In this document: positions 40,949 through 50,315 of the stretch, in pieces
Layout of the letters: each line of letters opens with the position of its first letter
How positions within the stretch are numbered: the first letter of the stretch is position 1
Source: Planctomycetota bacterium
GTDB lineage: Bacteria; Planctomycetota; MHYJ01; WSZJ01
Reading direction: 5' to 3'
Length of the DNA: 64,000 nt
Assembly (NCBI GenBank): GCA_038060895.1
Contig: JBBTCT010000005.1
Location: 37,713 to 101,712 of the forward strand
Notes under the pieces: model-generated
What the model was told of the DNA's origin: nothing
The model's database searches: none
The model's input: the letters and a program-made list of their open reading frames with translations, nothing else
Program-made: the position numbers and the translations under genes

Positions 40949-42349
40949 CTACCCACTACTCCCTGCGTCCTTCCCGATGTCCCCCAGCTTGTACTCCTTG
41001 ATCTTCCTGTAAAGCGTGCGCTCGCCAATCCCCAGAATCCTCGAAGCTTCCTCCCGGTTTCCCTTGGTCATTTCAAGCGTCGAGCGGATCAGCTCCGTCT
41101 CGGCGCGCTCGAGGCTCATCCCGGCGAACACGGCGGACGTGCCGGGCGCCGCCGTTTCGCGCCGCTGGGCAATCTCCTCCGGGATGTCCTTGACGTCCAG
41201 CACGGGCTCCCGCGCCAGCACCACCATGGCTTCGAGCGTGTTCCGCAGTTCCCGCACGTTCCCCGGCCAGCGGTACGCGAGAAGCGCGGCTCGCGCGGCC
41301 GGCGAGATCCCGTCGATGCGGCGGTTGTGCTGCTGGGAGAAATCGCGGATGAAGTGATCGATGAGGAGCGCGATGTCGGACTGGCGGGCGCGGAGAGGCG
41401 GGAGATTGATCATGACGACGCGCAGGCGGTAGTAGAGGTCCTCGCGGAACTTCCCTTCGCGCACCATCTCTTCCAGGTGCCTGTTCGTGCTCGCGATCAG
41501 GCGGACGTCCACGGGAATGGGCAGATTCGAACCGACCCGGTAAACGCACCGTTCCTCAAGGACGCGCAGGAGTTTCGCCTGCGTGGAAAGCGGCATGTCG
41601 CCGATCTCGTCGAGCAGGAGCGTCCCGTGGTTGGCGAATTCGAAGCGCCCCTTGCGCGCCCCGATGGCGCCGGTGAACGAGCCCTTCTCGTGCCCGAACA
41701 GCTCGGACTCGATCAGCCCTTCAGGCATCGCCGTGCAGTTGATGGGGATGAAATGGTGGTTGCGCCGCGGCGAATTCCGGTGGATCGCCTTCGCGACCAG
41801 TTCCTTTCCGGTTCCGCTTTCGCCGGTAATGAGGACGGTCGCCGAGGTCGGTGCAACCTGTTGAAGCGTGTTGAAGACCTTCTGCATTGCCTCGGAGTTT
41901 CCGATGATCCCGCCGAACCCGAACTTGCGGTCGAGTTCCTGGTGGAGAAACAGGTTTGAGCGCGAGAGATCCTGCTTCTCGACGACCTTCTCGATGACCG
42001 CGCGCAACTCGGCGATGTTGAGCGGCTTCTTCATGTAGGTCGAAGCGCCCTTTTTCATCGCCTCGACGGCGCTCTCGACGGAAGCGAAGCCGGTCATGAC
42101 GACGACCTCGATGTCCGGGTGAAGGCGCCGGGCGGTCGTGAGGATTTCCATCCCGTCGATGTCGCGCATGACCAGGTCGGTCAGCACGACATCCACGTGC
42201 TCGGACTCCAGAAGTTCGAGCGCGGCCTTCCCGCCGCCGGCGACGAGCGTGCGGTAGCCGGTCCGGCGGAGGGATTCCGCCATGGTTTCGGCGTGTTCGG
42301 GGTCGTCATCGACCACGAGGATCGTGACGTCGGTGGAAGTGGGGGTCAT
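40949..42349 (-). CDS. Sigma54-dependent response regulator (NtrC/AtoC family)
   Basis: Receiver, GESGTGKE, ESELFGHEKGSFTGA, LLLDEIG, FREDLYYRL, WPGNVREL, Fis HTH. Confidence 0.95.
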   Translation of the reverse strand: MTPTSTDVTILVVDDDPEHAETMAESLRRTGYRTLVAGGGKAALELLESEHVDVVLTDLVMRDIDGMEILTTARRLHPDIEVVVMTGFASVESAVEAMKKGASTYMKKPLNIAELRAVIEKVVEKQDLSRSNLFLHQELDRKFGFGGIIGNSEAMQKVFNTLQQVAPTSATVLITGESGTGKELVAKAIHRNSPRRNHHFIPINCTAMPEGLIESELFGHEKGSFTGAIGARKGRFEFANHGTLLLDEIGDMPLSTQAKLLRVLEERCVYRVGSNLPIPVDVRLIASTNRHLEEMVREGKFREDLYYRLRVVMINLPPLRARQSDIALLIDHFIRDFSQQHNRRIDGISPAARAALLAYRWPGNVRELRNTLEAMVVLAREPVLDVKDIPEEIAQRRETAAPGTSAVFAGMSLERAETELIRSTLEMTKGNREEASRILGIGERTLYRKIKEYKLGDIGKDAGSSG

Positions 42350-42379
42350 AGGCGGGGGGTTGGAAGGAGGGAAAGATTT

Positions 42380-42502
42380 AACCCCAACCCCAACTCCAAC
42401 TCCAAATTCCAACCTTCGATGAAAGGACCCGGTCCGTCAATGGCCACCCACTCAAGGAGTCGACCTCCCGATCGCCGAAATTGGGGTTGGGATCCGGAAT
42501 TG
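42380..42502. repeat. Intergenic CCAACC/CCAACT hexamer repeat with short inverted copy
   Basis: AACCCCAACCCCAACTCCAACTCCAAATTCC at 42380 and TTGGGGTTGGG at 42481; same unit as at 19737. Confidence 0.65.
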
Positions 42503-42506
42503 TCTT

Positions 42507-43235
42507 TCAAAGCGGTATGGCCCCTCCCGCCCTGGGCGCCAACTCGCCTTCAACCGGAAGCCGTATCGTAAAGCAACTCCCCTTCCCCTCCTCGCTCGTC
42601 ACTGTCAGCGTCCCGTCATGCTCGTGCACGATCCTCCTCGCCGTCGGCAACCCGAGCCCCGTCCCCGTCTTCTTCGTCGAGTAGTACACGTCGAAACACC
42701 TCGCCGCCGCCTCCGCCGACATCCCCGTCCCCGTATCGATCACGTCCAGCTGGGCGAAATCACGCCACCTGGCCGTCTTCAGGATCAGTTCCCCCCCGTT
42801 CGGCATCGCCTGGATCGCGTTCATGACGAGGTTGAGCAGGGCCTGCTTGAAGAGGTTTGCATCGACAGAAACCTTCGGAAGTTCGCCGAGCGACCTCAGG
42901 ACGCGGACTTTCTTCTGCGTCGCCTCCGGCGTGACGAAATCCAGCACTTCCCCGATCACCCGGTTCAGGTCGGTCGGGCGGTTGTCCAGTTTGTGGCCGG
43001 CGGCGAACCGGAGGAAGTCGTTGAGGATTTCCTCGAGACGGGCTGTTTCCTTGAGAAGGAGAGTGAGGCGCTGAAGCGCACGCCGCTCGCGTTCGTCGCG
43101 GGGCTCCTCGAAATCCTCCTGCAGCAGCTGCAGATTGGCCTGCAGAGTCGAGAGGGGGGTCCGGATCTCGTGCGCCAGCCCGGCGGCCAGCTGGCCGAGA
43201 AACGCGAGACGATCGCCTTCCTTGTTCTGAGACAC
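42507..43235 (-). CDS. Histidine kinase without sensor domain (HisKA + HATPase)
   Basis: LGQLAAGLAHEIRTPL starts at about residue 13; NLVMNA, DTGTG, GTGLGL; no TM. Confidence 0.88.
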   Translation of the reverse strand: MSQNKEGDRLAFLGQLAAGLAHEIRTPLSTLQANLQLLQEDFEEPRDERERRALQRLTLLLKETARLEEILNDFLRFAAGHKLDNRPTDLNRVIGEVLDFVTPEATQKKVRVLRSLGELPKVSVDANLFKQALLNLVMNAIQAMPNGGELILKTARWRDFAQLDVIDTGTGMSAEAAARCFDVYYSTKKTGTGLGLPTARRIVHEHDGTLTVTSEEGKGSCFTIRLPVEGELAPRAGGAIPL

Positions 43236-43317
43236 CGGGACATTCTGTTAAAGGTCGGCCCGCGCGTCTACCGCATGAACCTGCCGGCCGGCGCCCGCCG
43301 GTCGCATTCAGGTCAGA

Positions 43318-43346
43318 TTGAACATCGCCGATCAGGGGCATATACT
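43318..43346 (+). promoter_or_regulatory. Putative sigma70 promoter for the ESCRT-like locus
   Basis: TTGAAC-N17-TATACT, followed by GAGG and ATG at 43386. Confidence 0.6.
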
Positions 43347-43385
43347 CCGATGCCGACATCGATTCCCGACCAAACCTCGAGGCCC

Positions 43386-45227
43386 ATGGCCGCCGACATC
43401 CAGGACTGGCTTTCCAATCGCGACATGTTCGCGCGCCGCGTCTCCTCGCACGAGGTGCTCGGCCTGCTGAAGCGGTCCTTCACGGTCCCCGCGCACACCA
43501 TCGCGGCGGTCGTGGAGAACGGCTCGCGGCGCGTGGCCAAGGGCGGTGAACAACTCAGCGGCCGCTTCGACGCCGTCCTCATCAAAACCCAGGAAATGCC
43601 GGTCGCCTTCCAGATGGCCGGGCTGCGCTCCAAGGACGGGTTCGGCATGAACGCCGGGGTCCGCCTCACGCTTCAGCTCGAATCCTACGAGCCCGATCGC
43701 GTCGAGGACTTCTGCCGGAACTTCACCGCGGCCAACGCGACCACGTCGTCGGAGGACCTGCGGTCGTACCTGGCGGTGGACGTGAAGCGCGCGCTGTCCG
43801 AGTACATTTCTTCGCACGAGGCGGCCGACCTCCAGAATTCCCAGGCGTCGTCCGACGTCGAAGGGGGGCTGCGAAGAGCGCTGGAAGGCCCGCTCTTCGG
43901 CAAGGGTCTCAACTTCCGGAAGCTCATGGAGCTCGAATTCCACAGCGACTCCTTTGAGAAGTCGCGCGACGAAGCGCGGAAGCAGAACGAGAAGATCCGT
44001 GAGCACGAGGGAGTTCTTCTCGACCAGCAGCGGCGCGAGGAGAAGCTGAAGAATCTCGCGGCGCTGATGAAGAGCGCGGACGCGCAGGAGGTCTTCAAGG
44101 AGATCCGCGACGAGCGCGTCAAGTCGCTGCTGTACGCGAAGCTCATGGAGAACGACCTGAAGGACCTCTCGAGCGAGGACCTGCGCGCGAAGCTGAACCA
44201 GTGGGGAGACGACCTGATCGGCGTCGTGCTCAAGGCTTACGCGGCGCTGGCGGAGGCGCCGGATGCGCCGGTGGAGCCCGGGAAGACCGGGAAGCTGGCG
44301 CGCGTCGTGGTCACGGCGGGATCGCGGGTGTTGCTGTTCAATCCCGTCGATTTCACCGGCTCGTGCCGGCTGATCGACGCGGGATTCAACCTGCGCAGCG
44401 CGAGAATTCATCCCTGGAAAGGGCGCGGTCTGATTTTCGCGGGTGGAAAGCGGCAGATTTCGGCGATCGACCCGGAGACCACGCAGTCCGTCGCCGCGTA
44501 CCCGCTTCCCCAGGAGAAAAAACCCAAGGGCGGCGTGAATGCTTCGGCGGTCTGGAAGCACCGGATGTTCGCGACGCACAGCGAGCTGGGGCTGATCGAG
44601 TGGGACCTGAACAGGCCGGGCGTTCCGGGAGTGACGATCAACGCCGACCTGACGGCACTTTCCGCGACGGTGCGGGCCGCGGTGACGACCGCGGACGGAT
44701 GGCTGTATTTCGCGAGCGGACGGACGGTGTACGGGATGGACCTGGAAAAGGGAACGCCTCCGGTCGCGTTCGGGCCGCAGACGCCGAGCGGCGTGACGGC
44801 GCTGGCGGTCGGCGAGCGGCTGATCGTGGCGGGGTGCGGAAGCGGGAACGAGGGCGCGTTGTCGATATGGGACCGGCGCGATCCGTCGCGCGCCGTCGGC
44901 GTGATCCGCAGGAATGCGCCGATCGGGAGCGTGCGCCTGACGTCGATCGGAGGCGTGCCGCACATGCTGTTCACGTGCCGCGACCACGGCGTCACGGCGC
45001 GCGTGATCGGGCAGACTCTTGAGACCCACTACGATGCGGGCGAGCACTCCGTGATCCTCGCCGAGGGCGGCTCCGATCATGTCGTCGCCATCGACCACAA
45101 CGGGCGCTTCCTCATCGCCTGGGACGCCGCGCGCCCTGCGAAGCCGCGGAAGATCCTGGACCTGAACGCGTACACGGACCAGGCGGTGTACGACCTGGCG
45201 CCTGTTTTCGGGGAGGGCGGCGCGTGA
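43386..45227 (+). CDS. SPFH/band-7-like domain + coiled coil + WD40-like beta-propeller
   Basis: TVPAHTIAAVVENG, LRSKDGF....V.LTLQL, L..KGLNF (band-7 pattern); charged helix; beta repeats e.g. VTALAVGERLIVAG...LSIWD. Confidence 0.65.
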   Translation: MAADIQDWLSNRDMFARRVSSHEVLGLLKRSFTVPAHTIAAVVENGSRRVAKGGEQLSGRFDAVLIKTQEMPVAFQMAGLRSKDGFGMNAGVRLTLQLESYEPDRVEDFCRNFTAANATTSSEDLRSYLAVDVKRALSEYISSHEAADLQNSQASSDVEGGLRRALEGPLFGKGLNFRKLMELEFHSDSFEKSRDEARKQNEKIREHEGVLLDQQRREEKLKNLAALMKSADAQEVFKEIRDERVKSLLYAKLMENDLKDLSSEDLRAKLNQWGDDLIGVVLKAYAALAEAPDAPVEPGKTGKLARVVVTAGSRVLLFNPVDFTGSCRLIDAGFNLRSARIHPWKGRGLIFAGGKRQISAIDPETTQSVAAYPLPQEKKPKGGVNASAVWKHRMFATHSELGLIEWDLNRPGVPGVTINADLTALSATVRAAVTTADGWLYFASGRTVYGMDLEKGTPPVAFGPQTPSGVTALAVGERLIVAGCGSGNEGALSIWDRRDPSRAVGVIRRNAPIGSVRLTSIGGVPHMLFTCRDHGVTARVIGQTLETHYDAGEHSVILAEGGSDHVVAIDHNGRFLIAWDAARPAKPRKILDLNAYTDQAVYDLAPVFGEGGA

Positions 45228-46249
45228 GCGACGGCGCGGGGACGTGCGCGGCCTGCGGGCGGACGTATCTGTCGCGAGTCGGGATTTTTCGCGATGACGC
45301 GGCGTGCGCGACGTGCGGCAAGCCGATCTGCGCGGCGTGCTGGAGCGACAAGACCACGTTCTGCCAGGAGCACGAGGACGTACCGGTGGCGACGCTGGCC
45401 GACGCGCCGAAACCCGGGGACATCCCCACGGGGCAGGTGCCGGCAGGGTCGATCAGCCGCCAGTCGGCTCGCGAAATGGAAGAGGGATTCCTTTCGCGGG
45501 TGAGGAAGAACTTCCGCCAGCTCGCGGGGATTTACAACCCGCTGGATGGCCGCTGGTACGACGTCATCGAGCGAAATACGGGCGAGTACGTCGTCGACCT
45601 GGGGGCCGAGGCCGCGAAAAACGCGGTTCGCGATCGCGCGAAATCGGGCTTCAACGAAATCCTCGCTTCGATGCCCACCAACCGCGCCGCCGTCTGCGAC
45701 GTCTTCGCGCGGGACTTTCTCGGCGCGAAAGTGAAGAAGATCTGCCTCGCCGGGGTGTCGCTCTCCCCGCTCGACGAACTCGTAAAGCCGGGCTGGTCGA
45801 GCCAGCCGCTCGGGTACGCGGCGGTTGCCCAGGCCCAGCGGCGCATCGTCACGGATCCGGGCGTCTTCTATTACCTCTGCTATTTCGCGACGACGGGCTG
45901 GTCCGGAGAAGCGCGCGACATCCTCGCGAACGGGCCGAATTTCGTCTCGTGCCTCGTCGAAAAGCAGGCGGATTCGTGGCGCATCACCGCGAAGGACGAC
46001 GGCCGATGGGGCGATGCGCTGGCGGTGTACGACCTGGAGACGTACTCGGAGAAGCGCGACCGGGTGCAAATTTTCGTGAAGCGGCACACGTACGAGCTGC
46101 TGATGGACCGTTTGAGCGACCGGTATGTGTGCGAGAAGACGGGGCTGCCGCTGGACGTCGTGAGGGCGTCATTCCGGGATCTTTCGCAGGATCCGTTTGT
46201 GCACCTGACGGCGGATGAGGAGCAGTTCCGGATATCGCGGGTTTACTGA
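45224..46249 (+). CDS. Zn-finger protein with probable C-terminal winged helix
   Basis: CAACG...CATCGKPICAACW...FCQEH; alpha/beta middle (FATTGWS); tail LSDRYVCEKTGLPLDVVRASFRDL followed by a beta hairpin. GTGA coupling to the upstream gene. Confidence 0.6.
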   Translation: MSDGAGTCAACGRTYLSRVGIFRDDAACATCGKPICAACWSDKTTFCQEHEDVPVATLADAPKPGDIPTGQVPAGSISRQSAREMEEGFLSRVRKNFRQLAGIYNPLDGRWYDVIERNTGEYVVDLGAEAAKNAVRDRAKSGFNEILASMPTNRAAVCDVFARDFLGAKVKKICLAGVSLSPLDELVKPGWSSQPLGYAAVAQAQRRIVTDPGVFYYLCYFATTGWSGEARDILANGPNFVSCLVEKQADSWRITAKDDGRWGDALAVYDLETYSEKRDRVQIFVKRHTYELLMDRLSDRYVCEKTGLPLDVVRASFRDLSQDPFVHLTADEEQFRISRVY

Positions 46250-46269
46250 AGACGGAGGCGAGCCAGGAC

Positions 46270-46373
46270 AATTCTGAATATCGAATATCTAATATCGAAT
46301 TCTGAATGAACGGCACCCTTCAAACGATGTCGTTCATTCATGATTCAATATTAGATATTCGATATTCAAAATT
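46270..46373. repeat. AT-rich imperfect 46-bp inverted repeat of AATATCG-like heptamers
   Basis: Arms 46270-46315 and 46328-46373 with about 5 differences. Confidence 0.8.
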
Positions 46374-46468
46374 ACTCCTTCCCCCTGATTCACGCGAAAG
46401 CCCTTTCTACGTAAGCACCATATAGGCGCAGGGGTTAGAATGCTCCTCGGCCTGCACCCGGAGACCGC

Positions 46469-47170
46469 ATGATCCTCGACAAGATCAAGAAGCTGATGGG
46501 CCTCGGCTCGATCCCCGACGAGGTCGCCCCGATCTACAAGGGCGCCAAGTCGGAACGCGAGGCTCTCGAACTCCTCCGCGACGCCCGCCGCCGCGACGAG
46601 GACCGCCGTAACCGCGCCCTCGAGGACGTCGAAATCCTCCAGGGCAAGGAAGGCGAGCTCATGGAGGAGGGCAAGCGCGAAACCGACCAGAACCGCCGGC
46701 TCTCCCTCGCCCGCAAGATCAAGGACGTCCGCTGGAAGGTCGAGGAGATCGAAACCAAGGTCGAAAACATCTTCAACAAGCGCATCCGCATCTACAAAGA
46801 ACACGTCGCGTCGCTCGAAACCCTCGTCGCGCTCGCGGAAGAGCCGCTTCCGTCGTCCAAGCAGCTGGAAGACGCGGCGATCAAGGCGAAAGAGAAGCGC
46901 GAGGACCTGGACAAGACCGTCGCGATGGCGGAGGGAATGTCGCTCGACAAGAACGCGGAGCCGGTGCTGGACGAAGAAGAGAAGTCGATTCTGGCGGAGT
47001 TCGAGAAGCACGATGACTCCAAGCTGGAGCAGGACGAGCTGGCCGCGCTGACGAAGCAGAGGCCGGAAGACGAGTTCGCGAAGCTGGAGAAGACGGCGCG
47101 CAAGAAGGAGCGGCCGTCGAAAGAAGCGCCGAAGAAGCAGGCTGAGTCAGAAGAGGAGGAGCTCGAATGA
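46469..47170 (+). CDS. ESCRT-III/Snf7-like coiled-coil protein 1
   Basis: 233 aa all-helical, amphipathic N helix MILDKIKKLMG, basic hairpin, DEEEKSILAEFEK helix, acidic tail. Confidence 0.65.
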   Translation: MILDKIKKLMGLGSIPDEVAPIYKGAKSEREALELLRDARRRDEDRRNRALEDVEILQGKEGELMEEGKRETDQNRRLSLARKIKDVRWKVEEIETKVENIFNKRIRIYKEHVASLETLVALAEEPLPSSKQLEDAAIKAKEKREDLDKTVAMAEGMSLDKNAEPVLDEEEKSILAEFEKHDDSKLEQDELAALTKQRPEDEFAKLEKTARKKERPSKEAPKKQAESEEEELE

Positions 47171-47832
47171 GCGCGGCCAGCGACATGATGGACTGGCTGT
47201 TCAAGCGGCGCCGCCGCATCACGGACTTCAAGCCGGAGGAGTTGCGGCGCGAGGAAAAGCGGCTGGAGATCCGTGAAAACCAGCTCGTGGCGCAGCAGGA
47301 AAAACTCGACCGCGAGAAGGAAGACATCTTCCAGCAGGGCGTGAAGAACAAATCGGTCGTGCGCCGGCGGATGTACGCGCGGCGCTTCAATGATCTGATG
47401 AGCCGCCTGCGGCTGATGGACCGCGAGCTGTCGCGGGTTTCGAAAGAGGTGATGACGCTGTCGCGGATCCGCGCGCTGGTGGAACGCACGAAGAGCCCGA
47501 AGTCTGTCACCGGAATCCTGAACAAACTGACGGATTCCAATCTCGACGAACTGCAGGCGCTGCTGGAAGACGACAAGATCGGCGAAGAGTTCTACCTGCA
47601 GAAGCTGGACATGCTTCTGGGCGTGGCCAACGACCCCGCGTACGACGCGACCGAGATCGGATCCGAGGGGATGGAAGTCCTCAAGACGTGGGAGGCGATG
47701 GACGAGGGGGAGATGGAGTTCGACGAAGGCCTGAAACAGGCTGAAACGGGGATCAAGGAACGCGGAGAGGGACGCAAAGAAAAGCCGCAGCACGAGAAGG
47801 AGAAGGACGAGGAGCAGGAGGAGGCCACCTAG
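47167..47832 (+). CDS. ESCRT-III/Snf7-like coiled-coil protein 2
   Basis: 221 aa, MMDWLFKRRRR, basic N half and acidic C half; paralog of the next gene; ATGA coupling. Confidence 0.65.
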   Translation: MSAASDMMDWLFKRRRRITDFKPEELRREEKRLEIRENQLVAQQEKLDREKEDIFQQGVKNKSVVRRRMYARRFNDLMSRLRLMDRELSRVSKEVMTLSRIRALVERTKSPKSVTGILNKLTDSNLDELQALLEDDKIGEEFYLQKLDMLLGVANDPAYDATEIGSEGMEVLKTWEAMDEGEMEFDEGLKQAETGIKERGEGRKEKPQHEKEKDEEQEEAT

Positions 47833-48441
47833 ATGAGCCTGATCGACCTTTTCAAGCGGCCGAAGCGGATGGCCGACCTGAAGCTGGAGGAAGTGAGACG
47901 GGAAGAAGCCCGCCTTTCGCTGCGCGAGACGCAGGCGATTGCGCGGCTCGAGCAGATGGAGCGCGACAAGGAGGAGATTTTCCGCAAGGGGACGAAGATA
48001 AAGTCCGGCATCAGGCGGAAACAGCTCGCCCGCCAGTTCGAGCAGAAGAAGAACGAGATCGCGATTTCAGAGCGCGAGCTGAACCGGCTCGGCAAGGAAG
48101 CGGTGACGATCGCGGCGATCCGGACGGCCATCCAGCGCAAGACGGACATGAAGAAGAGCGTGCTGTCGATCCTGAACCTGGCCGAGGAAGGAGAGCTGCA
48201 GCGACTCCTCGAGGACGACAAGATTTCGTACGACCTCTACATGGAGCGCCTCGGCGAAATCGCCGACACCGCCAACGATCCTTCGAGGGACATCATCAGC
48301 GAGGTCGGCAAGGAAGGGGCCGAGCTCCTCGACATCTGGCAGAAGATGGACGACGGCGAGATCGAGTCGTTCGACACGGGGTTGAAACTCGCGGAAGAAA
48401 AAGCCAGGGAGAAGCCGCTGCCTGAAGAAGAAACAGAGTGA
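47833..48441 (+). CDS. ESCRT-III/Snf7-like coiled-coil protein 3
   Basis: 202 aa, MSLIDLFKR, shares RREE.RL..RE.Q, KE.IF..G, LLEDDKI, ANDP, W..MD.GE..FD.GLK with protein 2. Confidence 0.65.
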   Translation: MSLIDLFKRPKRMADLKLEEVRREEARLSLRETQAIARLEQMERDKEEIFRKGTKIKSGIRRKQLARQFEQKKNEIAISERELNRLGKEAVTIAAIRTAIQRKTDMKKSVLSILNLAEEGELQRLLEDDKISYDLYMERLGEIADTANDPSRDIISEVGKEGAELLDIWQKMDDGEIESFDTGLKLAEEKAREKPLPEEETE

Positions 48442-48448
48442 TCCTGCG

Positions 48449-48940
48449 ATGAGAGTGGCGACGAGCGGCGACCCGACCGTGGCGATGTGGGCGGCGCAGC
48501 GTTACGACCCCGCGTCGGCGCTTCGAACGGCCTGGGGGAAACTGTTCCGCATCGTGGCGTGGTGCACGGCGGCGCCCTCATTCGGGCTGCTCGCATGGAG
48601 CACCATCGCATACGCGCGCCTCGACGGGCCTTCGGGTCTCCAGACGCTCGGCTACTTCCTGAACGACTACGTCGCCGCGTGCGGCGTCGGGCTCGCCGCG
48701 CTTTTCGCGTCGATCGCACTCCCCCGCCTCCGGCGCCGCGACGTGCCGATGCTCTTCGGCGGGTGCGCGGCCGCCATCCTGCTCCTTTACCTGCCGAGTC
48801 TCTTCAACGCCTGGCCCGTGCTGCGCGAGAAGAAAATGCCCGCCACTGCCGTCGTCCCGCTGGCTTTCCCGTTCGCGCTCCTCTCGATCGCGGCTGCGGC
48901 CGCGGTGCTGGCGAAGCGCCCCAGGCCAAGGGCGGCGTAA
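48449..48940 (+). CDS. Small integral membrane protein (about 4 TM)
   Basis: Four hydrophobic segments; 7 nt after the previous gene and 3 nt before the ATPase. Confidence 0.65.
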   Translation: MRVATSGDPTVAMWAAQRYDPASALRTAWGKLFRIVAWCTAAPSFGLLAWSTIAYARLDGPSGLQTLGYFLNDYVAACGVGLAALFASIALPRLRRRDVPMLFGGCAAAILLLYLPSLFNAWPVLREKKMPATAVVPLAFPFALLSIAAAAAVLAKRPRPRAA

Positions 48941-48943
48941 ACC

Positions 48944-50167
48944 ATGGACCTCTACACGCCCATCAAGCAGGCGCTGACGAAAGCCAAGGAACTCTACGAG
49001 GCGCGCGAGCACGACAAGGCCGCCGCTTCCTACGACAAGGCCGCTTCCCTCATGTCGATCTACGCCGAGCAGGCGATCGGGCGCGACGCGGAGATGAGGC
49101 GGCGCAAGAAGGCGGTGGAGTACCGCGAGATCGCCAAGAAGCTGCGCAGCGGCGAGATTGAAGCGCCCGGCGCGAAAGACGACCGCGATGACAATGGAAG
49201 CGCCGCACCGGCGGCGGCCGCCGCGGAAGGCAAGCAGGCAAAAGCCGCCGGCGAGGTCAAGGCGGCCGTGCTCTCGCTGATCAAGACCTCTTCGATCGGC
49301 TGGGGAGACATCGGCGGACTGGAGCCGACAAAGGAAGAAATCAAGTTTGCGCTCGGGATCACTCTGGCGAAGCAGCCGGCGAACGTGCAGCTCTCGGCCT
49401 GGACGAACATCCTGTTCTACGGACCGCCCGGGACCGGGAAGACGCTTCTCGCCGCCGCGACGTCGCACGCGATCCGGAACTCGGACGACATCCAGGCGGT
49501 GTTTTTCAACGTGAAGGTGTCGTCGATCCTCTCGAAGTACTTCGGCGAGTCGTCGAAGATCATCAGCGAGCTCTACGGCACGGCCCGTGACACGTCGCCG
49601 GCCGTCATCTTCCTCGACGAATTTGAGTCGGTCGCTGGGAAGCGCGACGACCAGGACTCGGGGCCGGAGCGGCGGATCATGTCGACGCTGCTTTCCGAGC
49701 TGGACGGGATGGAGGCGAAGGGGCGCCGGGACATCTACGTGCTGACGATTGCGGCGACGAACCGGCCGTGGGATCTCGACCCCGCGGTGCTGAGCCGGTT
49801 TGAGAAGAAGATCCTGATTCCGCTTCCGGACATGGTCGCGCGGCGTGAAATCCTGAGGATCCACCTCGACAAGCGCGGCTTCCAGGTGAACGCGGACGCC
49901 GCGCAACTGGCCACCGCGACGGAGGGGTACAGCGGGCGCGAGATCGAGCGGCTGTGCAAGGAGGTCACCACGCGGATGGTGGCGGAGATGAACCGGGAGA
50001 TTCCGGGGCTGATCGACAAGGGGCTGGACACGGTGAGGACCTACCAGCTCAAAGTGAGGCCGCTGGGAATGGGGGATTTCCAGAAAGCGATCGCGAAGCT
50101 CCATCCGCAGACGACGGCGGCCGACGTGAAGAAGTACAACGAGTGGAGAGAGGCGCAAGTGGAGTAA
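48944..50167 (+). CDS. MIT-domain AAA+ ATPase, Vps4/CdvC-like
   Basis: Three-helix N domain (A..YDKAA...KKAVEYREIAKKL), WGDIGGLE..K, GPPGTGKT, pore loop SKYFGES, IFLDE, ATNRPWDLD.AVLSRFEKKILIPLPD, GYSG, C-terminal helix TAADVKKYNEW. Confidence 0.85.
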   Translation: MDLYTPIKQALTKAKELYEAREHDKAAASYDKAASLMSIYAEQAIGRDAEMRRRKKAVEYREIAKKLRSGEIEAPGAKDDRDDNGSAAPAAAAAEGKQAKAAGEVKAAVLSLIKTSSIGWGDIGGLEPTKEEIKFALGITLAKQPANVQLSAWTNILFYGPPGTGKTLLAAATSHAIRNSDDIQAVFFNVKVSSILSKYFGESSKIISELYGTARDTSPAVIFLDEFESVAGKRDDQDSGPERRIMSTLLSELDGMEAKGRRDIYVLTIAATNRPWDLDPAVLSRFEKKILIPLPDMVARREILRIHLDKRGFQVNADAAQLATATEGYSGREIERLCKEVTTRMVAEMNREIPGLIDKGLDTVRTYQLKVRPLGMGDFQKAIAKLHPQTTAADVKKYNEWREAQVE

Positions 50168-50178
50168 CAACGCTTTCG

Positions 50179-50258
50179 CCCTTGCCCTTGCCCGTGCCCT
50201 TGCCCACATCACGATCGATGACTCGTGCGGTGGGCAAGGGCATGGGCAAGGGCAAGGG
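50179..50258. repeat. 29-bp inverted repeat of CCCTTG hexamers
   Basis: Arms 50179-50207 and 50230-50258, one G-T difference, directly after the ATPase stop. Confidence 0.85.
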
Positions 50259-50315
50259 AAACGACCTGGACGCACCTGGCCGAGGTAGAATTACTACCCT
50301 TCCCCGGAGAAAACC

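Noticed and set aside
43236-43385. Psp-like sigma54 control of the ESCRT-like locus by the divergent activator
   Set aside because: No correctly spaced GG-N10-GC (-24/-12) element found by eye; a good sigma70 promoter is present instead.
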